Source: Camelus dromedarius
Lineage: Eukaryota
Length of the DNA: 64,000 nt
Reading direction: 5' to 3'
NCBI RefSeq assembly: GCF_036321535.1
Contig: NC_087447.1
Coordinates: forward strand, 51,648,001 to 51,712,000
Positions within the stretch are counted from its first letter, which is position 1; each line of letters begins with the position of its first letter. The notes beneath the pieces were generated by a model. It saw only the letters and a program-made list of their open reading frames with translations, made no database searches and had not been told where the DNA came from. Of the stretch, positions 1 to 13,229 are shown in pieces. Made by a program: the position numbers and the translations under genes.

Positions 1-89
1 TTTCCAGTTAGGTGACCTGAGGTTATTCCTTTTTGACATAAGCCATTTTACATTGGCTATATCTGTCACTTACATTCTAAAGAAGACCA

Positions 90-525
90 GTGTGGGGTGG
101 ATTCTATCCTGGGTCTCTGCTGGTTGTCCTTCCAGATCCTCTCTACCTTTCCCCCCTGTTCTCCACCCTGGGCGGCTGATCCTTAAGGGCTACAGGCATA
201 GACTCCCATTCCCTCCAGCTTCCATGAATTTAGCCAGTGGGAGTCCAAGTAGGAGGTCAGAGGCTGAGATGAGTCATCATTCCCAGCTCCCTCCCTGCCC
301 AGTTCCTCTAAGTCAGCTGCGTCCCTCAAGCACCCTCTCCACCCAGCTAACCTCTCTGGTACCTGCTGTCTTCCTCGCCCCTTCAGGCCCCCACAGTTAG
401 CAGCCCTGGGGGACTGCACTATTCCTTGTTTCTCTCGCCAACCTTCATATCTTGGAAAGGATCCAAGTCCCTTCACTAACCTCTCCCCGAATCCCCAGCT
501 TGAGGAATCACCTGTGTCCTGGCTG
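90..525 (+). mobile_element. Old ERVL-type LTR (LTR33-like)
   Basis: CAGCCCTGGGGGACTGCACTATTCCTTG...CCCTTCACTAACCTCTCC resembles the LTR33 3' part. Confidence 0.55.
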
Positions 526-574
526 AATGGAGCGTGTGTGTGCTGCGCATCCTCTCTCAATTGCCAGTTGCTCG

Positions 575-1118
575 AGAATTAATCAAGAGTCTGTACAGGA
601 GGGTATGAATGAAAAATACTGCAAGCCATGTCAGTAAACAAAGAATGCTGTGGCCATCAAGTCATCAGCTGCTACTGCCATCCTAACAGTGAGCTCAGGA
701 TGCAGACAAGCAAGCAGCCTGGCCTCTGGGCCACCCTCAATGGTGCACCCTGAGGGAACTCAGGATGGAAGGCACAGGAGATTGGCCCTGGATAGCTAAG
801 GTGCACATCAAAGGAATGATTTCAGTGAGCCCAGAACTTTGTGCCTTCCCATACAAAGAAGAGGGCTAAATTCCTTGAGATATCTGGTTTTCCTTAATTA
901 ACAAACAGCAATCCTTTGATGGTTCCACTACCCAGTCTTTGTTGTAAAACTCCTATCTGTCCCGGCTCCTCCCCTACCTCTTTGGAGCAGTCCGTCAGAG
1001 CCTTAGAGCGAGCTGAGAGGCTGTCATCTTGGGCTCGAGGGTTTCGAGTCCTCAGAAATGTCCACCAAATAAAGCATAACTCTCAACTTTTAGATTGTGC
1101 ATTTTATTTCGGTCCACA
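575..1118 (+). mobile_element. ERV solo LTR (5' boundary approximate)
   Basis: LTR layout with AATAAA near 1068 and a terminal CA; shares blocks with the LTR at 38532-38995. Confidence 0.7.
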
Positions 1119-4019
1119 AAGGGAACTAATTTTTACTGAGTATGCACCATGTGCTAGACTTCAGGCAGGGCACTTCATGTACACGGTTAGATTTCATCTT
1201 CACATTCTATAAAGTAAGTGTTTTTTTTTACAGAAGGTATTTTACAGAAGATAAAACTGAGGCCCCCAAATGGTAAAAGGACTCACTAAAGTCTCATAGC
1301 TGAGTAAGTAGTGGACTCAAGATTTGAAACCCATCCACATCTGGCTCCAAAACCTGTGCCTTTTTGCCACTCTGGGTCCTGCTTTCCAAAATGCCTGGTT
1401 CCTTCTCATCCTTTAGGTCTTAGCTTAAATGTCACCTCTCCCAAGAGGCCTTCCCTGACCACTCTATTGGAAGGAAGTCATCAGTGATATTCTTTTTCAT
1501 AGCACATTGTGCTTCTCCTTCACAATGTGTATTTGTTTGTTTATTTAATGTCTGTTCCACTCATTAGACTAAGCTCTCCGAAGGCAGTCACTCTCCATAC
1601 TGGTTTTGTTCACCACTCTCTTCCCGATGCAAGCACAGTTGCCTGCTCTACACCAGGACCCAGATAAATACTTGTTAAATGAAAAATAAGGCAAAGAAAA
1701 GCATTAAGTGCCTGCCTAACATCAGGCATTTCATATGATTTCTGACCTTATTTTCTCTTCACAACTATCTTGCTAGGTACAGGTTGTTGTCCCATTTTGC
1801 TGGCAGAGGTCAGAGAGGGAATGTGACTCTTCCAAAGTCACACAGCCTAGAGCTGGGGTTCAAATGCAAGTCTGCCTGATATTACAGCTGTGCTTGTTCC
1901 CCAGTGCTCCTCTGTCCCCGACGTAGGAGCTCGCAGAGGGGAAAGAGCTGATCAGTGGAACTCATGTGAATCATTCCTGGACAAACAGAAACTGCAGGGA
2001 GCAAATAGTAGCTGCTGTGGCCCCCACCCTGGGACCAGCCACTCCCAGACCCTCCCAACCCAGCCAGGAAGCAATCTTCTTGTTTGTTCTCAAGCTCTCA
2101 GTCCAGCCCTACCTGATCTGGGATCTTCTCCAAACACCTGTTCCTTGCCTTTCTTTGCAGGGCTGTCTGTGTCAAATAACCTGCTCACCAAGTTTCCAAG
2201 GGTCATCCTTGAATCCTGGGTGTGTGGTGCGTCCCTGAGCTCTACATGCAGGCCAGGTCACCAGCTGGTGCTTATAAAGATGGGGAGTCTCAAGGACCAC
2301 AAATCAGTCAGCTGGCACCTGGGAGGATCTTTTTCCTCCTTCCTCCTTTGCTCTCAGACCCTGTCCACTTTCCTCTTTAAAATCATTGCCATTCAATGGG
2401 GGACTTCTGAGATGCTAAATAATGTTCTTTGTCTTGGGACAGGTAATGGTTACACAGGTGAGTTTACTTTTTGTCAAAATCACTTAGGTGCATTCCTCTG
2501 TGTGTAAGTTATACTTCAATAGAAAGTTTAAAAAGATTATTGTTACCCACTTCTGCCCCTCGGTCCCTGCTATCAGACCAGCAATGATCCCTCAATACTT
2601 CTCAGTACTCCCCAAAACATGCCCAACTGTCCTCCCTCAGTACCTCCCAAAACATGCCCAGAGACCCTTTTCATCTAAGGGTTTCTGACCAAATCCTGCC
2701 CAGCAAAGACAATGTAGGTTAATGTAGCCAACATGGATTGTACCCCAAGTCCTGAGACCTTCAAGGTCCGTAGGCCCCTGCTCCTGGTGGGTATCTCCTC
2801 CCCTCCACTCTGAGCCACCACTTGAAGCCCAAAAGGCCTCTCTCTGGTCCAGGCTGAGGACTTGGATTCCCTCCCAGCTCCTCAGACCCATTTTTTCAGG
2901 ACATCTGGCAGGCACTGGCTTGCAAGGCCAGTTTTTAGGTGCCTAGGCACCACTTGGGGGCTAGTTGCTGTTCACCCACTGTCACTGAGAAGGGCACGTG
3001 TCGTGGCCTGTACTCAGGACATCTGCCGCTCATCCTCCTTTGGTTCCTGGAAAGGACTTGACTGCATCCAGTCCAGCTCCTCTTTCACTGGCTGCCAGCC
3101 CCAGTGTGCAGGCCTCAGCTGATTACTCCAGATGGACAGCTTCTCATACAGCCCCAGGACACCCTAACCCAAGGAAGGGAGGGGCTCTGCCCACCTAGCA
3201 GGTGGTAGCAGCAGAACTCCCTACAGCTGGACACAGTAGGGGTGTCGGACAGGGCTTCTGGTGGCCAGCAACAGAGGCCAAGGCCAGCTCCTTAAACCAA
3301 AAGGAGATTTCTTAGCAGACTATCAGTGTTCGCAGAGGATGGGCACCAGGAGCTCAGGGAGCCCACCAGCAGGGGCCTGACTGGGATCGCTCTGCAGTAC
3401 TGCATGGTTTCTGCTGCTGTGGCCACAGGCAGGCCCTTGAATCTAATCACCTGGGCTTCTGTAGTGGGAACAGAGACTAGGAATTACCAACCTAGCAAGA
3501 TTTTAGTGGGAATTTCCCCAAAAAAGATAGCATGGGGCTAGCTTGGAAGGGGTGGAGTCTAGACATAAGATTGCCAAAAAACCACAACTCACCCCCAAAA
3601 TACAACCCCCCCAACACACACACACACAAAATACCCACTAAAACCAAAACCAAAACCGTCGTCTCTTAGCACAGTGTTGAACTGAACTGAACTTTCGGAA
3701 GACCCAGGGTCGGGGCAGACTCCCATTACACACATATTCACCAACAAAATTTGAATCATCCATTTAAAAGATTGATTTAAACATATATGTACTTTTTTTT
3801 CCATCTAGTATTGTGAGGATTTCCCTTATTTTATTAAGGACTCTTCTATATCACCATTTGTAACAGCTATATCACAGTGTGTTGTACAAATATATCATAA
3901 ATCTATTAAGCCATATTTCATTCCTAACTTCTTTCTTTCTTTTTTTTCCTGTACTATAAATAGCACTGCAAAGACTGTCCTTTATACCTGCTAAGACACT
4001 GTGCAAGAAGTATGCATCT

Positions 4020-4107
4020 TTTCTTTTAATAAAGGTACTTGGAGTTGAACTCAGGACCTCATGCATGCTAAGCATGCGCTCTACCACTGAGCTATTACCC
4101 TTCTCCA
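4020..4107 (-). mobile_element. tRNA-Ala-derived SINE (vic-1-like)
   Basis: Reverse complement of TAGCTCAGTGGTAGAGCGCATGCTTAGCATGCATGAGGTCCTG; flanking ATGCATCTTT repeats. Confidence 0.85.
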
Positions 4108-4554
4108 CCACATGCATCTTTTTTGAGGACCTTTTCTTTGTTGCCAAATGACTCGGAAGGCTGTACCCACCATCCAGTCATACAGGGTATTACTGCCCCG
4201 AGTATGCTTTTGCTCCTGTTTGCAGTCTGACCCCCCAGAGTGAAGGAGAAATAATAAAATGGCCATGCTTAGGCTAACTATTTCTCGGCCTTATACTTAC
4301 TGCTTGCTTTTAGAGCGGTCAGCAAATCTGAGTGACCGGACACTTCTCCCAGCCCCAGGCCCATCGTTAGAGTTAGAGCTGTTGATTTCCCTGCTTGTTT
4401 TACCTTACGCCAGTAATTGAAATTTACAATCGTGTTTGGATTTTGAGTCATTCCCCTAGGAGGGGAGTCACGGGATGATAATCCCAAGAGAATGAGCATT
4501 TTTTCTGGACTGATCCAAGATCCCACCTAAGGAACTCACCCCACCTCCCATTTC

Positions 4555-4775
4555 CATGTTCTCTTTTCTTTCTCCTGTCTTCTCTTCATTCTTGCTCCCC
4601 CTCCTTTTTCTCTCTCTTTCCTTTCTGTGTCTCCCCTTTAACTCTGGTCTTCTATCTCTCTGTGTGTCTCTCTGCTTTCTCCTTCCTCTTTGCTCTTTTT
4701 CTTTCACTTTTTAATTTTTCCCCCCTTGGAATTCAGCCTTGTTTCTGTCTTCTGTTTCTTTTCTCTTTCTCCTCA
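4555..4775. repeat. CT-rich low-complexity tract
   Basis: About 220 nt of mostly pyrimidines on the plus strand. Confidence 0.75.
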
Positions 4776-5339
4776 GTGGCTCTCTGTCCTCCACCCACCA
4801 CTCCTGTTGTGTGAGTCATAATTTCCCCAGGGAGACAAGGCAGCCTTTTCCCTGGTGGGCCTTGATTTGAAAGAGGGGTGATTTTTGCCTCCCACGAAGG
4901 GCAAAGCTATCAGAACACAGAACTGGGAGCTGCCTGGTACACCAGGGTGACTCAGGGCTTCTAGGTTATGAACGCACAAGCCATCAAGATTCTCTTAGAG
5001 GCTTTGTCAGCCTCCTGTGACCGATGACTCACCAGCGTTGCCTTGGCTTGCGAAAGGAGCACTGAAGTTTATGGTGTTGCTCCTGGGAAGAAACCTGCTC
5101 TCTGATGGCAACACTGGGGACCCAGGAACACAGCAGATCCAGGCCCCACATGTTTCTCATTGTGTGTTCCCACATCATAATGATCAGGTAGGATGTTTAT
5201 AAAAGTTCAGGTTGCTGGGCCCCAAAGCATCTTTATTAAACTAGAATATCTGGGAAAGGGGGTCAGAAACCTCATTCAAAATGTGATGCACAGGCTGGTA
5301 AGTATCTGTTAGATTTTTGAATGCATATACCCTAGGTCT

Positions 5340-5900
5340 TAGCAGCCCCACTCCTCAACTTTATGCATGAGTATGTTGGTTGCAGCATAGTTTATTCATC
5401 AAAAACTTGGAAACACCTTCAAAGTCTAGTAGTAGAGCATGGTTAAACAGGTGATGATGTCTCTTACTGTGGAATGATATTTTCATTTTCAAAAAATGAG
5501 GCATTCATATAGATATGGAAAGTAGATTAGAGGTTACCAGGGATTATGTGGGATGGGGCAGAGCATGGGGAATTATTGCTTAATGGGTACAGAGTTTGAG
5601 GTGTTGAAAAAACTTTGGAAATAAACAGCACTGATGGTTGCACAATATTGTGAATGTAACTCATACCACTAAACTGTATACTTAAAAATGGTTAAAAAGG
5701 CAAAATTTGTTATATATACACAAACACACATACACAATTTTTTAAAAAGAATGAGGTAGAATTATATGCACTAATACAGAAAAATAGCCAAGATAGACTG
5801 TTACATAAAATTGGAAATTGTAGATGGAAATGATAGTAAGAATTATAAAATTGTGTGTGTACACACACACACACCAGGAAAAGGCAGTGAAGAATCATAG
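5340..5900 (+). mobile_element. Old L1M 3' fragments
   Basis: AGTAGATTAGAGGTTACCAGGG...GATGGTTGCACAATATTGTGAATGTA is typical of old L1M 3' ends. Confidence 0.7.
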
Positions 5901-6002
5901 CACCCTCTTAAAAGTGTTTGTCAGTGGAAATAAGGTTGGTGGGACACACAGAAGAAGTGAGATTCTTTGTCTTTTCTATGGTATCAAAAATAACTGGTTG
6001 GT

Positions 6003-6076
6003 GGGGGAGGGTATAACTCAGAGTGCATGCTTATCATGCAGGAGGTCCTGGGTTCAGTCTCCAATACCTCCATTAA

Positions 6077-6123
<47 letters not shown>

Positions 6124-6152
6124 ATCCTAATTACCTCCCCCACTTTAAAAAA
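6003..6152 (+). mobile_element. tRNA-Ala-derived SINE with expanded (TAAA)n
   Basis: GGGGAGGGTATAACTCAG...GAGGTCCTGGGTTCAG...(TAAA)n...CCTAATTACCTCCCC. Confidence 0.85.
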
Positions 6153-7140
6153 GTAGTGGGGTTATGGGTGACTTTTACTTTCTTTTTGGTGTTTTTCATA
6201 GAAAAAACTTAAACACACTCAACAAAACAAATACCATCCTTGCCCTCAAAGAGCTCAGAATACAGTATGGAGACAGGTACAGAACATGGTGATTGTAACA
6301 AAACACGATTTGTAACAAGGCTTGTGGAAGCAAAGTGGAGGGAGTGTCATGGAAGGCTTCCTGGAGGAGGTGACATTGTGACTCTGGTCTTCAAATGCCT
6401 CAAGGAATCAGCCAAGTGGAGAAATGGAGCTAGAACTCTTCTACTGGAAGGAAAGGCAAAGTTGTGAGAGGAAGCATGATGTCTGGGAAGCATCTGTAAA
6501 ACCCAGGAGCTGAAATGCTGAGTGGCTGGAGAGTGAAGGGTTTTACTAGGGCAGTGACAGATTTGTGTTGGGGGTGGATCCTCTGGTGAAGTCTTTACTG
6601 GGCTGAGGTTAGAGACACTGCCCTAAGGCAAAGGCTGGACACTAAAATATAAACAAAGACTCTTCCAAACACCTTGGAATTTCAGCTGAGGTCCCAAAAG
6701 CAGAAACAATGCCAGGGTTGCTGAACTTAAAATGAGAGGCTGAACCAACCATGCAGAACTCTGGAGGAAGAGGGAGGGCAGGGCTAAAACCCAGTTCCTC
6801 AGCTGCCTGCTGGCCACGGAGAGAGCCAACATCCCCTAGGAACCGGAGAGAAGAATCTCTTCCGAGAAAGTGATCACCGCATTCACGCTGCCTGACCCCA
6901 ACCCACACCTCACCAGGGAGGGGAGGGAGCTCTCTCCCTCACCTCGAACCAGGGAGAAAAACATTAGAACTATTTGGAGAGCCTTGGAAGGGGAGGCTGT
7001 GCCGCCTGGAACCTTGTGAGAACTGTCAAGTGCCAGGGCTCCTGGGCAGGGGATTGCTCTTCCTGCTGTGTGCGCTTCTCTCAGAGCACGTGTAGACCCC
7101 ACAGAAAGGGGATGAATGAAGTCTTAGAAAGGACCCCCAT

Positions 7141-7285
7141 GGGGGGGGAGGGTATAGCTTAAGTGGTAGAGCGCATGCTTACACGCACAAGGTCCTGGGT
7201 TCAATTCCAAGTACGCCTCTAAAAATAAATAAATAAATAAATAAACCTGATCCCCCCCAATAAAAACAACAACAAAAACAGTAAA
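7141..7285 (+). mobile_element. tRNA-Ala-derived SINE
   Basis: GGGGAGGGTATAGCTTAAGTGGTAGAGCGCATGCTT...GGTTCAATTCC with an A-rich tail. Confidence 0.85.
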
Positions 7286-8100
7286 ATTTCATTGAAAGAA
7301 AGAAAGAACGAACGAACCACATGGAAGACGGTTTCCATTTTAGGGATGAGGCGACTCCCGTAGAATGAGGCTGGAAGTTGTGAGAAGGAATGCATAAACC
7401 GAGATGGCCGAGGCCATAAGCAGCCCAGAGGAGGAGGCACCCCCTCTCTTTCGAGATTCTGCATCTGAATGGTGTTGTGGGTCCCCAAGGAGCCCATCAA
7501 AAGTGCTCCTGAGAGAAAGAGGGCTCTAGCGTTAAGTAGACCTTCCTGGCTGTGACTTCTCCCTCACCCTAGTCCTGGAGAGACAGAGGCAGCCGGGCAG
7601 GTGGGTAGGAAGAGCTGAAGAGCAAGCGGAGGAAGGAGAGAAGTTGCCCAGTCCTGTCCCCCACCAGCAGGTGTCCTAGCCACAGATGGCCTGAACCAGG
7701 GCAGTTTTGTTCTAGCACTGGCCTGCTCGTTGATTACCTGACAATAAACGGAAGACTCTCAGAAAAGCAAGGGGACCCGCGAGATTTCACCCGGGAACGG
7801 TAAAACATTAGTCCGCAGAATCAAACAGAGCAGTAGCAGGAAAGAAAGAAATCGGCTCCAAGCTTTCCACCTGCTGAGTCAAACCCCTTTAATAAACATC
7901 CACGAAACATTTGATGACGCCTATCTGGTGAGTGGGGTTTTGGAACGACAAGAGTATTTTTCTCCCATTCTCCCCAATCGGCCAGCCCTTTTCGATCAAA
8001 ACGAGGCGGACAATTACCGCTTGGAACCTCGTAGGTTTCCGCTGGCAACGTGTCTCATGGCGCAGGTCGGGGCTCGAGGTCTGGTCCCTGCCTGCCCCGC

Positions 8101-8117
8101 AGCGCCCCCTGCTGGCC
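8101..8117 (-). promoter_or_regulatory. Strong CTCF motif within a CpG-rich patch (about 7770-8250)
   Basis: Minus strand reads GGCCAGCAGGGGGCGCT, a near-perfect CTCF core consensus. Confidence 0.7.
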
Positions 8118-8593
8118 GGCGCCCAGCTCCAGGACCCAGCTCTGGGACTGGAACCCGCCCGGCCTTCTTGGAGTCGGCAGTCCTGGGGCGACGCATGCAT
8201 TCATGAATTGAACGATCCGACGGAGGTGTACACTTGCTAACTGGCACGAGAGCCTATCCTGTAGGGGAAGGGGCTGATCTGGTTTGAAAGGCCAGCAGCA
8301 GAGGGTGACGCTGAGCAAAAGGGGGTGAGGTGAGTTAGAAAGAAGGGGAGTGAAGATTTGGAGAAGTTACTGTGGGGTTTGGGAGAGTGGGCCATGTTGA
8401 GGAGTGGTCAGTATTCTTGCCAGTTCGTATCTCTGGGCATTTGCTCAAGCTGGTATTTCTACCTGAAAAACAGTTCCCTCTTTTCCTTTTTGTTGTTGTT
8501 CTAACCACTTAATGTGTTCCAAAATATGAGAGAATGAATATATGAATATCCATGTACCCATCACTCAGCTTGAGAAATAAGACCTAACAAATA

Positions 8594-9211
<618 letters not shown>

Positions 9212-9276
9212 AAGACCTAACAAATAGAAAGTACCAGTGTACTCCTTCCTTTCGCCCTCCCCTTCCCAGAGATAGC

Positions 9277-9619
9277 TTTTTTTTTAAATTGAATTGTAAT
9301 TGATTTACAATGTTGTGTTAATTTCTGGTGAACAGATAGTACATATTCTTTTTCAAATTCTTTGTCATTTTGGTTATTACAAACTATTGAATGTAGTTCC
9401 TTGTGCTATACAGTAGGACCTTGTTGTTTATCTATTTTATACTTAGTATTTTGTGTCTGTTAATTCCAAACTCCTAATTTATCCCTCCCCTCCGCTTTCC
9501 CTTTTGGTAACCATAAGTTTGTTTTCTATGTTTGTGAATCTGTTTCTTTTTTGTAAATAAGTTCATGTGTGCCATTTTTTAGATTCCATATATAAATAAT
9601 ATCATAAGATGTTTATCTT
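9277..9619 (-). mobile_element. L1 3' end fragment
   Basis: Antisense L1 3' UTR (TTGATTTACAATGTTGTG...GGTAACCATAAGTTTGTTTTCTATG); TSD AGAGAT(A/G)GCT. Confidence 0.85.
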
Positions 9620-10444
9620 AGAGATGGCTCTTTAAATTCATGTTGTCATTCCCATGTAAGTTTTTATTTACTGTATGCATATGTACTCATAAATAATACA
9701 TACATGCATGAAGTCAGGAAAATTGTAATTTATTATATTTACATATATAGAATATATATGCTATATATGTATATTTTAATATATTTTATACTATAGTGTT
9801 GTGCTGTATATTTACATATATAGTGTACAGTGTACGTACTGGTTTTTTTTTCATTGAGTTATAGTCAGTTTACAATTTTTTGAGTTTTATAGTGAATATA
9901 TGCATATAAGGAGAGAGAGACATTTTTCCTCTTACCATCCTGCATTTAAGATTATTCCCACCTTTCTCTGCCTTGCTAACTCCACAAAGTTGCCACTCCT
10001 TCAAGAAGCTTCGCCAGGCACCTCTTGTCTCTGCTCCCTGTGCTCTTGTGATAATTACCCAGCTAAGCTGAAGCAGCCTGCTTAGTTGTCTGTCCTTCTC
10101 CCCCAGCAGGCCCTGAGCTTCCTGGGGTCCAGGACTGTGCAACATGGTGTCTCTCTCCAGCTCAGCCCCGAACCTGGCTCAGAGGTGGGGCACAGGTTTG
10201 TTGACCTGAAACAGAGTCAGAAAGGCTTGAATGCCAGGATAAGGCTTTGGACCTCATCTTGGCTGGTGGTTTTCCAGCTGTGCTCTGTGGAGTCTCTGGA
10301 TCCTCTGGAAGTGACCTGAGGGCTAATGAAAAGTGGTCAGGAGAATGCAGATATAGCCCACCTCATTCTACTTCAGCCAACTCAATTTCTTCTCAATCTG
10401 TTTTATTCATTGGGCTTCTGTGCAAAATTTCATTTAAAGAAATA

Positions 10445-10987
10445 TCAACTGACAGAGGACTTAGTTTCCAGAATATACAAACAGCTCATACAGCTTGATA
10501 ACAAAAAAACAGAACAACCCAATCAAAAAAATAGGCAGAAGACCTAAATAGACATTTCTCCAAAGAAGATGTACAGTTGGGCAATATGCACATAAAAATA
10601 TGCTCAGTATCACTAATTATCAGAGAAATGCAAATCAAAATCACAATGAGAAATCACCGCACGCTTGTCAGAATGGCCATCATCAAAACCCACAAAATAA
10701 CAAATGCTGATGAGGATATGGAGAAAGGGGAGCCCTAGTACACTGTTGGTAAGAATGTAAATTGGTGCAGCCACTGTGCAAAACAGTATGGAGATTCCTG
10801 AAAAAACTAAAAATAGAGACACTGTATGACCCAGCAGTTCCACTTCTGGGTATATATCTGAAGAAAACACAAACAGTCGTTAGAAAAGATATATGCATCC
10901 CAATGTTCATAGTAGCATTATTCACAACAGCAAATATATGGAAGCAACCTAAGTGTCCATTAATAGATGAATCGATAAAGAAGATGT

Positions 10988-11035
<48 letters not shown>

Positions 11036-11480
11036 GGAATGCTACTCAGACACAAAAAAGAATGAAAATTTGCCATTTCCAATAACAAAGGTGGATTTGG
11101 AGGTTATTACAGACTTGGAAGGTATACTTAGTGAAATAAGTCAAACAGAGAAAGACAAATATTGTACATTAGCATTTTTATGTGGAATCTAACAAATTAA
11201 AACATACAAATGAATATAACAAAACAGAAACAGACTCAGATGTAGAGAACAAACCAGTGTTTACTGGTGGGGAGAGGGAAGAGGGAGGGGCAAGATGGGG
11301 TAGGAGATTAAGAGGTACAAACTACTAGGTATAAAATAAATAAGCTGTAAGGATATATTGTACAGCACAGGGAATATAGCCAATGTTTTATAATAACTTT
11401 AAATGGAGTGTAATCTATAAAAATATTAAGTCACTATGTTGTACACCTGAAAATTAATTATACAACAATTTTTTAAAAAA
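10445..11480 (+). mobile_element. L1 3' fragment (ORF2 C-terminus and 3' UTR) with internal (CA)n
   Basis: ORF 10762-11085 [31 protein letters not shown] resembles the L1 ORF2p C-terminus. Confidence 0.92.
10988..11032. repeat. (CA)n microsatellite
   Basis: Visible dinucleotide run with one interruption. Confidence 0.9.
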
Positions 11481-12430
11481 GGAGGCAAAGAGAAATGGTA
11501 CTGATATACTTGCTCAACATGGGGTTGTCATAACCTTCAATTTGTTAAAAATGCAATGTTCAGTTTGTAAGAAGCACAATAAAGTGAAGCACAATAAAAA
11601 CGAGTTATGCCTGTAATTTGTCACAGCAGCCAAAGGAAGCTAATATAGGAACTATTGGAGGCATTTGGGCTGGGGAGGGGGAGCGCATCCTTCTTGTACT
11701 GCAGGAAGACCGTGAAGGGAAGAATCATGAAGACACCAGAGCAGGAGTCACTATGAAGCCCAAGCTGGAAAGGGAGGAAGGCACCAAAAGATGGCTGAAG
11801 GTGTGGACTGGGGTCTGGGAGGCCTGAGAGGACCTGGAAGACGGGTGTTCATGGGCTGAGTTTTGTGTGTAGGCTCCTGGCTCTTGACCAGTGTCTCCTC
11901 CTTCCCCAACTAAGCTCCCTCCCAGCACCTGCCCAGAGTAGGGAGCGAGTCCTCGGTCACTTCCTGGACGCTGGCCTGGGTTCCAGCCTGGGGGCCAGCA
12001 CTGTGAGCAGACTGAGATGACCCTTGGAATTCGTCGGGCAGGGGCTGGCCATCTCAGAAGGAGGCAGCTGAGCCAAGGCCCCAACACCACTGAGCTCTCT
12101 GGAGTCCTGGGCTGGTGGCGGTGGCGGGGGCCTCCCCTGGCTCCCTCTATGGCCAACGCTTCCCCTGGGGGGACCCCAGTAAAAGTGTACTGAATGAGAA
12201 CAATGGAGGAAGGAGTGAAGGATACCTGGGAGGCACACCAAGGGTAGACAGACCCCATAGCTTTCATTCATTCATCCCTTCAGTCAACAAATCCAGGGAA
12301 CTTCCTGAGCTCCTGTGGTCAGAGGGACGATGTACACCTGTCTCTCTCCCAGGTAGAGGAGAAACAGACATGTTTTCTGTATGAGTGACTAGTCTTATCT
12401 GGTCACAGAATTTTACAATGTCATAGCCTT

Positions 12431-12537
12431 GGAGGGGAGGGCACAGCTCAGTGGTAGAGCGCATGCCTAACATGCACAATATCCTGGGTTCAATCCCCAG
12501 TACCTCCATTAAAAAAAAAAAAAAGTAAACAAAACCT
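12431..12537 (+). mobile_element. tRNA-Ala-derived SINE with 14-bp TSD
   Basis: A and B boxes intact; TSD AATGTCATAGCCTT at about 12417-12430 and 12538-12551. Confidence 0.9.
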
Positions 12538-13052
12538 AATGTCATAGCCTTATAATAAGTGAGGCATCTGGCAGGTGAAGTCCTTCTAGGGGAGTGAACA
12601 AAACATGGCATAAGCTGGATCCCTAGTTTCCTCATCAACAAGGTTGCAGGATGGCTATATCCGGCTCTGACAACCCAGACCTCTGTGACTGACTGACTAG
12701 GGAGCACCTTGTTGTCATGGCAGCCCCTCTCTTTACTACTCAGCAAGCCCAGAAGCCCTCAGGCTGCCCAGGAGCTACTTGCATCAGCTGGAGGAAGGAC
12801 TGGGTCTTCCCAGAACTGGGGGACGGGTGTGACAGGGATGGAGGCTGGAAGACCTGCCAGCTTCCTGGATCGACTCCTGTCAGCCATTTATATGGAGCCT
12901 TTGTAACAGTAGAGTTTGCAGTGAATTCCCTGAACCACAAAGATACCTGTATTCTCAAGGAACAGCAAAGGCCTGAGCTTCTTGGGGAAACCTGTGGACT
13001 CCAGGGCCCTGCTGCTCCCTCAAATAGCTCTTTCTTAGCTGGTCATTTGAAT

Positions 13053-13229
13053 CTTTTTTTTTTTTAATTATTTGGGGTTTTTTTTAAGAACAATATTTTT
13101 CTCTTTTCTGGAGGGGGGGGGAATAATTACATTTAAAATTTTTGTTTTAGTGGAGGTACTGGGGATTGAACCCAGGACCTCGTGCATGCTAAGCACTCAC
13201 TCTGCCACTGAGCTGTACTCTCCTCCCCT
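13053..13229 (-). mobile_element. tRNA-Ala-derived SINE
   Basis: GGAGGTACTGGGGATTGAACCCAGGACCTCGTGCATGCTAAGC; TSD GTCATTTGA(A/C)TCTT. Confidence 0.88.

Noticed and set aside
1890..2507. 205-aa ORF
   Set aside because: Non-ATG start, no recognisable domain, and it runs into repeat-like sequence
2601..2660. 25-bp imperfect direct repeat (CTCAGTAC..CCCAAAACATGCCCA twice)
   Set aside because: Only two copies, consistent with an ordinary local duplication rather than an array or CRISPR
3190..3380. Weaker CTCF-like motifs (CTAGCAGGTGGTAG, CCAGCAGGGGCC)
   Set aside because: Mismatches at core positions make chance occurrence in GC-rich sequence likely
11725..12746. Minus-strand ORFs of 180 and 160 aa
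   Set aside because: No homology recognised, and one reads through a SINE
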